Below the pieces are notes generated by a model. That model was not told the origin of the DNA. It was given only the letters and a program-made list of their open reading frames with translations, and ran no database searches. From an uncultured Gemmatimonadales bacterium (GTDB taxonomy: Bacteria > Gemmatimonadota > Gemmatimonadetes > Gemmatimonadales > Gemmatimonadaceae): DNA of 64,000 nt. Shown here in pieces: positions 59,224-64,000 of this stretch (position 1 is the stretch's first letter; each line of letters starts with the position of its first letter). The position numbers were made by a program, and so were the translations under genes. The DNA lies in NCBI GenBank assembly GCA_963851265.1, contig CAWKNZ010000007.1, positions 160,001-224,000 on the forward strand. The letters are read 5' to 3'.

Positions 59224-61113
59224 ATGCTGCTCCGCGCGTTCACCGCGACTGTGGGCCTCGCGGTAGCCGTGCCCGCGGCGACCGCGCAGCAGTCCGCCGT
59301 CCAGCAGTCGGACGCCCGCCAGGCCGCGCAGGCGAGCGGCACGCAACACGCGGCCCCACCGGCCGACAGCGCGCCCCGATTCACGCACGCCGACACCCTC
59401 CGCGGCACCGTCGGCCCCGCGCGTGCGTGGTGGGACGTGCGGCGCTACGACCTGCGCGTGCGCCTCTCGCCCTCCGACAGCAGCCTGTCCGGCTCGAGCG
59501 TGGTCACCTACCGCGTCACCGCCACCCCCCGCACCGAGACCGGCCGGCGCACCTCGCGCGGCGAACTGCAACTCGACCTGCAGGCCCCGCTCGTGCTCGA
59601 CAGCGTCGTCGCGGGCGACGGGTCGGGCCGCGGTGCGCGGCGCGCGTTGGGCGTCCGCCGGGACGGGAACGCGTACTTCGTCACGCCCGACGCGCCCCAA
59701 CCGATCGGCGCGCGCCGCGTCGTCACCGCGTACTACCACGGGCGACCGCGCGTCGCCCGCCACGCGCCCTGGGACGGCGGCGTCGTGTGGACCGCGGACT
59801 CGCTCGGCCACCCCTGGATCGCGACGGCGGTGCAGGGGCTCGGCGCGAGCGCCTGGTGGCCCGGTAAGGACACCCAGGCCGACGAACCCGACGAGGGGCA
59901 GACGATCGCCGTCACCGTGCCCGACTCGATGCAGGACGTGTCCAACGGGCGCCTCCGGTCGGTCGTGCCCAACGGCGACGGCACGACCACCTACACCTGG
60001 GTGGTCGCGAACCCGATCAACAATTACGACGTCACGGCCAACGCCGGCCGGTACGCGCACATCGCGGAGACGTACGACGGCGAGGCGGGGCGCCTCACGC
60101 TCGACTTCTGGCCGCTCGCCTACCACGCCGACACCGCGCGCGCGCAGTTCCAGCAGGTGCGGCCCATGCTCGCCTGCTTCGAGCACTGGTTCGGCCCCTA
60201 CCCGTGGTACGCCGACGGCTACAAGCTCGTCGAGACGCCACACCTCGGGATGGAGCACCAGAGCGCGGTCGCCTACGGCAACCATTATCAGAACGGCTAT
60301 CTCGGCCGCGACCTGTCGAAGACCGGGCTCGGGCTCGGCTGGGACTTCATCGTCGTGCACGAGAGCGGGCACGAGTGGTGGGGCAACAGTCTGACGTCGC
60401 GCGACATCGCCGACATGTGGGTGCACGAGTCGTTCACGAGCTACGCGGAGGCGCTGTACGTCGAGTGCCGCGACGGGCCCGCGGCCGGCGCGCGTTACGT
60501 GATCGGCACGCGCAACCGCATCCAGAACGACCGCCCGATCGTCGGGCCCTACGGCGTGAACGCCGAAGGCTCGGGCGACATGTACTTCAAGGGCGCCAAC
60601 ATGCTGCACACGATCCGGCAACTCGTCGGCGACGACGCGCGGTGGCGCGCGACGCTGCGCGGGTTGCAGGCGCGCTACCGGCACCAGGTCGTGACCGGCG
60701 CCGAGGTCGAGCGCTACATGAGCGCGCACCTCGGGCTCGACCTCGCGCCGGTGTTCGCGCAATACCTGACCACCACGCGCGTGCCCGTGCTCGAGTACCG
60801 GCGCGAGGGCGACGACTCGCTCGCCGTGCGTTGGGCCGAGGTCGTGCCGGGCTTCGCCATGCCAGTGCGCGTACTTTTCCCGAGCGGCACCGCGACCGTA
60901 CTGCACCCGCGCACGGCGTGGGGTCGCGTCGCCCTCCCCGCGTCGGCGCGCGCCGCGCCCGCCGACACCGCCGCGTGGACGCTCCACGTCGACGACAACT
61001 ACTACGCCGTCGCGCGGAACGTCGCGGCCGCGTCGGTCAGCGCGCGCCCGCGTCCCGCCGGTACACGAGGCGGTACACGACCGGCATCGGCAGTCGCGCG
61101 TGCGCTACCGTGA
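59224..61113 (+). CDS. secreted M1 family aminopeptidase
   Basis: GMEHQ, HESGHEWWGN..E (HExxH-18x-E), MYFKGA. Confidence 0.92.
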   Translation: MLLRAFTATVGLAVAVPAATAQQSAVQQSDARQAAQASGTQHAAPPADSAPRFTHADTLRGTVGPARAWWDVRRYDLRVRLSPSDSSLSGSSVVTYRVTATPRTETGRRTSRGELQLDLQAPLVLDSVVAGDGSGRGARRALGVRRDGNAYFVTPDAPQPIGARRVVTAYYHGRPRVARHAPWDGGVVWTADSLGHPWIATAVQGLGASAWWPGKDTQADEPDEGQTIAVTVPDSMQDVSNGRLRSVVPNGDGTTTYTWVVANPINNYDVTANAGRYAHIAETYDGEAGRLTLDFWPLAYHADTARAQFQQVRPMLACFEHWFGPYPWYADGYKLVETPHLGMEHQSAVAYGNHYQNGYLGRDLSKTGLGLGWDFIVVHESGHEWWGNSLTSRDIADMWVHESFTSYAEALYVECRDGPAAGARYVIGTRNRIQNDRPIVGPYGVNAEGSGDMYFKGANMLHTIRQLVGDDARWRATLRGLQARYRHQVVTGAEVERYMSAHLGLDLAPVFAQYLTTTRVPVLEYRREGDDSLAVRWAEVVPGFAMPVRVLFPSGTATVLHPRTAWGRVALPASARAAPADTAAWTLHVDDNYYAVARNVAAASVSARPRPAGTRGGTRPASAVARALP

Positions 61114-61555
61114 CGGCGACGTTCAGCGTGCGCCCGTCGGGCCCGGCGGTGAAGACGTTCTCCCGGCTACTCGCGTCGCGGCCGACGAACGTCTGCACGA
61201 GGCGCTGTCCCGTGAGCACCGCGTGTAGCTGAAACACGTCGCCGTTGTCGCGGACCCACGTCACGGGCGCGCCGCTCGCCGGACTTGAGATCGGCGGCAT
61301 GCGGTCGACCTGGGTCGCGATCTCGGTCGGTGTGATCGTCACGACCAGGTGCTCGTGCACCTCGTTCGCGCTGCGCAGACGCGAGCGTGCGATGGGGCGG
61401 ATGAAAAAGTTCATGCGCCCCGTCGCGGTGTCGATCGCGCGACGAACGTCGCCGCTGGCCGCGCGGTCGAGCGTCCAGTGCCCCGTGAGCGAGTCGCCGG
61501 CCGCCTGCCCGACGACCGCGTGAGGCGCGGGAGCCGCCGGGGCGGCCGACGGCAT
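61037..61555 (-). CDS. hypothetical protein (lipocalin-like)
   Basis: LTGHWTLDRAAS start and YRLVYRR end; start uncertain. Confidence 0.6.
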   Translation of the reverse strand: MPSAAPAAPAPHAVVGQAAGDSLTGHWTLDRAASGDVRRAIDTATGRMNFFIRPIARSRLRSANEVHEHLVVTITPTEIATQVDRMPPISSPASGAPVTWVRDNGDVFQLHAVLTGQRLVQTFVGRDASSRENVFTAGPDGRTLNVAVTVAHARLPMPVVYRLVYRRDAGAR

Positions 61556-61562
61556 CACGGGG

Positions 61563-61793
61563 TCAGGCGGCCTGCCACGCGCCGCGCACCTGCTCGGCCG
61601 GCTGCGACAGGCGCACCTGTGTGTCGACGCTCTGGACGAGGCTGGTCGGAACGATGTGGTGCTCGCCACCCGCCGCCGGGTCCTTGCGGGTGAGCTTGAT
61701 CTGGTCGCCGTTCACGTGGTCGACGGTACCGACGTGCTGGCCGTCGCTGCCGACGACCTCCATGTGCTCGCGAATTGCCGACGTGTCTGCCAC
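61563..61793 (-). CDS. DUF2171 family small protein
   Basis: IREHMEVVGSDGQHVGTVDHV.G..IKLTRKD..G.HH. Confidence 0.9.
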   Translation of the reverse strand: MADTSAIREHMEVVGSDGQHVGTVDHVNGDQIKLTRKDPAAGGEHHIVPTSLVQSVDTQVRLSQPAEQVRGAWQAA

Positions 61794-61865
61794 GGGTCGC
61801 TCCGGTTCGGGGGTGAGCCCGAACGCCAGGCAGGGGCCGTACCAGCGCCCGCCCGCGCCGCGTGG

Positions 61866-63296
61866 TCAGAGCAGCGTCCCGCGCAGGATCACGACGGCCA
61901 CCGAGAAATAGATGATCAGCCCCGTCACGTCGACGAGCGTCGCCACGAACGGCGCGGACGCGCTCGCCGGGTCGAAGCCGAGCCGCTTGAGCAGGAACGG
62001 CAGCATGCTCCCGGCGAGCGAGCCGAACGCGACGATGCCGACGAGCGCGGTGCCGACCGTGAGCGCGACGAGCCAGTGGTGCACGCCGTAGTTGAACAGC
62101 CCGAGGTGCTGCCACAGCTCGATCCGCACGAACCCGATCACGCCGAGGATGCCGCCTAACACGAGCCCTGTGGGGAGTTCGCGCACCGCCGTGCGCCACC
62201 AGTCCTTGAGCTGCAGCTCGCGCAGCGCGAGCGCGCGGATGATGAGCGACGTGGCCTGCGATCCCGAGTTTCCGCCGCTCGACATGACGAGCGGGATGAA
62301 CATCGAGAGCACGACGGCCTTCTCGATCGTCCCCTCGAAGCGCTGCATCGCCGTGGCGGTGAGCATTTCGGACAGGAAGAGCGCGCACAGCCACCCGCCG
62401 CGCTTTCGGATCATGGCCCAGAACCCGATGCGCGTGTACGGCACGTCGAGCGCCTCCACGCCGCCGAGCTGCTGGATGCTCCGCGTCTGCTCGCGCACGA
62501 TCGCGTCGATCACGTCGTCCACCGTCACGATCCCGAGCACGCGCCCGCCCTCGTCCACCACCGGGACCGCGAGCAGGTTGTACTTGCCGACGATCCGCGC
62601 GACGGCCGCGCGCGGCGCGTCGGCGCGCACGGTCACGGGCGCGCGGCGGACGCCGACGTCCAGCAGCGGCTGCTCGCGCGGGGCGACGAGCAGGTCGCGC
62701 AACGAGACCGCACGCACGAGCCGGCCGAGCGCCGGGTCCGTGCCGGCTTCGGTGCCGCGCGCGCCCGACTCGGTCACGTACGCCACGTAGACGGTTTCCT
62801 TGCCCTTGGCCACGCGCGCGATCTCGTCGAGCGCGGCACCCGCCGTGAGCGTGCTCGGGAGCGCGACGAACTCGGTGGTCATGATCCCGCCGGCCGTGTC
62901 GGGCGGGTAGCGCAGGAGCAACTCGAGCGTCCGGCGCGTCTCGGGTTCGACGCGGCCCAGCAGCCGACGCCGGTCGGCGTCGGAGAGTTCGCGGAAGACG
63001 TCGGCCTGCTGGTCCGCGCTCATCGCGTCGACGAGGGCGCCGGCCGAGGCGTCGTCCATCCGGCAGACGAGGTCCGCGCGCCGATCCGCCAGCTCCGGCT
63101 CGTCGAAGGTCTGCACCGCGAGGTCGAACGGGAGCGCCGCGAGCACCTTCGCGCCCGCGTCGGGCGGCAGCTGCAGCAGCGACTCCGCGATGTCGGCCGG
63201 TCGCATCCCGTTGCAGGCGTCGGCCAACTCCTCCGGATCGCGATGTACGAGGTAGAGCAGTTCGGCAGGTGAGTTGGACGGCGCGGCGGCTGGCAT
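61866..63296 (-). CDS. mgtE: magnesium transporter MgtE
   Basis: YPPDTAGGIMT, CBS pair, GIVTVDD, SSGGNSGSQ, DPASASAPFVATLVD. Confidence 0.96.
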   Translation of the reverse strand: MPAAAPSNSPAELLYLVHRDPEELADACNGMRPADIAESLLQLPPDAGAKVLAALPFDLAVQTFDEPELADRRADLVCRMDDASAGALVDAMSADQQADVFRELSDADRRRLLGRVEPETRRTLELLLRYPPDTAGGIMTTEFVALPSTLTAGAALDEIARVAKGKETVYVAYVTESGARGTEAGTDPALGRLVRAVSLRDLLVAPREQPLLDVGVRRAPVTVRADAPRAAVARIVGKYNLLAVPVVDEGGRVLGIVTVDDVIDAIVREQTRSIQQLGGVEALDVPYTRIGFWAMIRKRGGWLCALFLSEMLTATAMQRFEGTIEKAVVLSMFIPLVMSSGGNSGSQATSLIIRALALRELQLKDWWRTAVRELPTGLVLGGILGVIGFVRIELWQHLGLFNYGVHHWLVALTVGTALVGIVAFGSLAGSMLPFLLKRLGFDPASASAPFVATLVDVTGLIIYFSVAVVILRGTLL

Positions 63297-63360
63297 CAAA
63301 ACGGCGGGAAGGTCGGATGGCCGCGGCGGGAACTCCGGAGCGGCCCTCGGACGGTCGCGG

Positions 63361-63485
63361 CCCGCGGCGTGTAGTGACGAGGCCGGCTCGGCAAAGATCG
63401 CACAAAGGAGGCGTACCGCCCGCGGCGCCGATCGGCCGCATGGTTGACCGAGCCGGCCTCGAGGCTACCATGCCGCCCGGGCCCG
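63361..63485. promoter_or_regulatory. long hairpin in the mgtE / NRAMP divergent region (candidate cis-regulatory RNA)
   Basis: CGAGGCCGGCTCGG (63378-63391) / CCGAGCCGGCCTCG (63448-63461), extended by GTAG/CTAC and GCGGC/GCCGC pairing. Confidence 0.45.
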
Positions 63486-63638
63486 CGGGCGCTTCGCGGG
63501 GACCTGACCCACTCGGCCTTTCGATGAACGCCGACTCTCGACCACCACGCACGCCCGCGCTCCGCGGTGCGGGCGACTGCTACCGCGCGTCCGGCTGATC
63601 GACGAGGTCCGCCGCGCCGTGACGCCGGAGGACCGCGC

Positions 63639-64000
63639 ATGCCCATCGTCGAACCCCCGGTGCTCGTGCCGCCGGGCGTGGCGAATCTCGTGGGGCCTGA
63701 TGCCGACGGCGCCGACCGTCGCGCACGTCCCCGTCCGCCCGAGCCGCGCCGCGGCCCACTCCGCCGCTTCTGGCGCGCCCTCGGCCCCGGCGTCATCACC
63801 GGCGCGGCCGACGACGATCCGTCCGGGATCGCGACCTACTCCATAGCGGGCGCGCTGTTCGGGACGGCGTTCCTGTGGGTCGCCGTGGTCACCTGGCCGC
63901 TCATGGCGGCGGTGCAGACGATGTGCGCGCGCATCGGGATGGTCACCGGTCGGGGACTGACGGCCGCGCTCCAGCGCAAGTTCCCGCGCTCCGTGCTCGC
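63639..64000 (+). CDS. NRAMP-superfamily divalent metal transporter, 3' end outside the window (absent from the ORF track)
   Basis: Own translation from ATG 63639 (GGAGG upstream): LGPGVITGAADDDPSGIATYSIAGA..PLMAAVQTMCARIGMVTGRGL. Confidence 0.88.
   Translation, partial: MPIVEPPVLVPPGVANLVGPDADGADRRARPRPPEPRRGPLRRFWRALGPGVITGAADDDPSGIATYSIAGALFGTAFLWVAVVTWPLMAAVQTMCARIGMVTGRGLTAALQRKFPRSVL

Overview
Very GC-rich (about 75% by eye) bacterial chromosomal DNA, densely coding, about 53 genes. Gene content suggests Gemmatimonadota (inference only). Housekeeping genes include deaD, rho, PBP1A, manC, ettA, mgtE, an NRAMP-type transporter, fetAB, ccdA/TlpA, an acyl-CoA ligase, an M1 peptidase and a GH31 glycosidase. 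Accessory loci include a divergent heme-oxygenase-like diiron oxidase plus NPPY methyltransferase pair, a DUF1800/DUF1501 pair, and a beta-barrel / 1645-aa Ig-lectin lipoprotein / ABC exporter / FMO cluster. I saw no rRNA, tRNA, CRISPR array, integrase or transposase. The most striking unexplained signal is the non-palindromic octamer YGTTAGGC (GCCTAACR). I counted 27 copies by eye, spread over both strands, lying in different reading frames, in stop codons and in intergenic DNA, much like a DNA uptake sequence or other iterated genomic signal. Several long perfect hairpins occur, including one in the mgtE/NRAMP divergent region. Most long overlapping ORFs in the track are GC-rich shadow ORFs. 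Start codons were re-picked by eye and are approximate.
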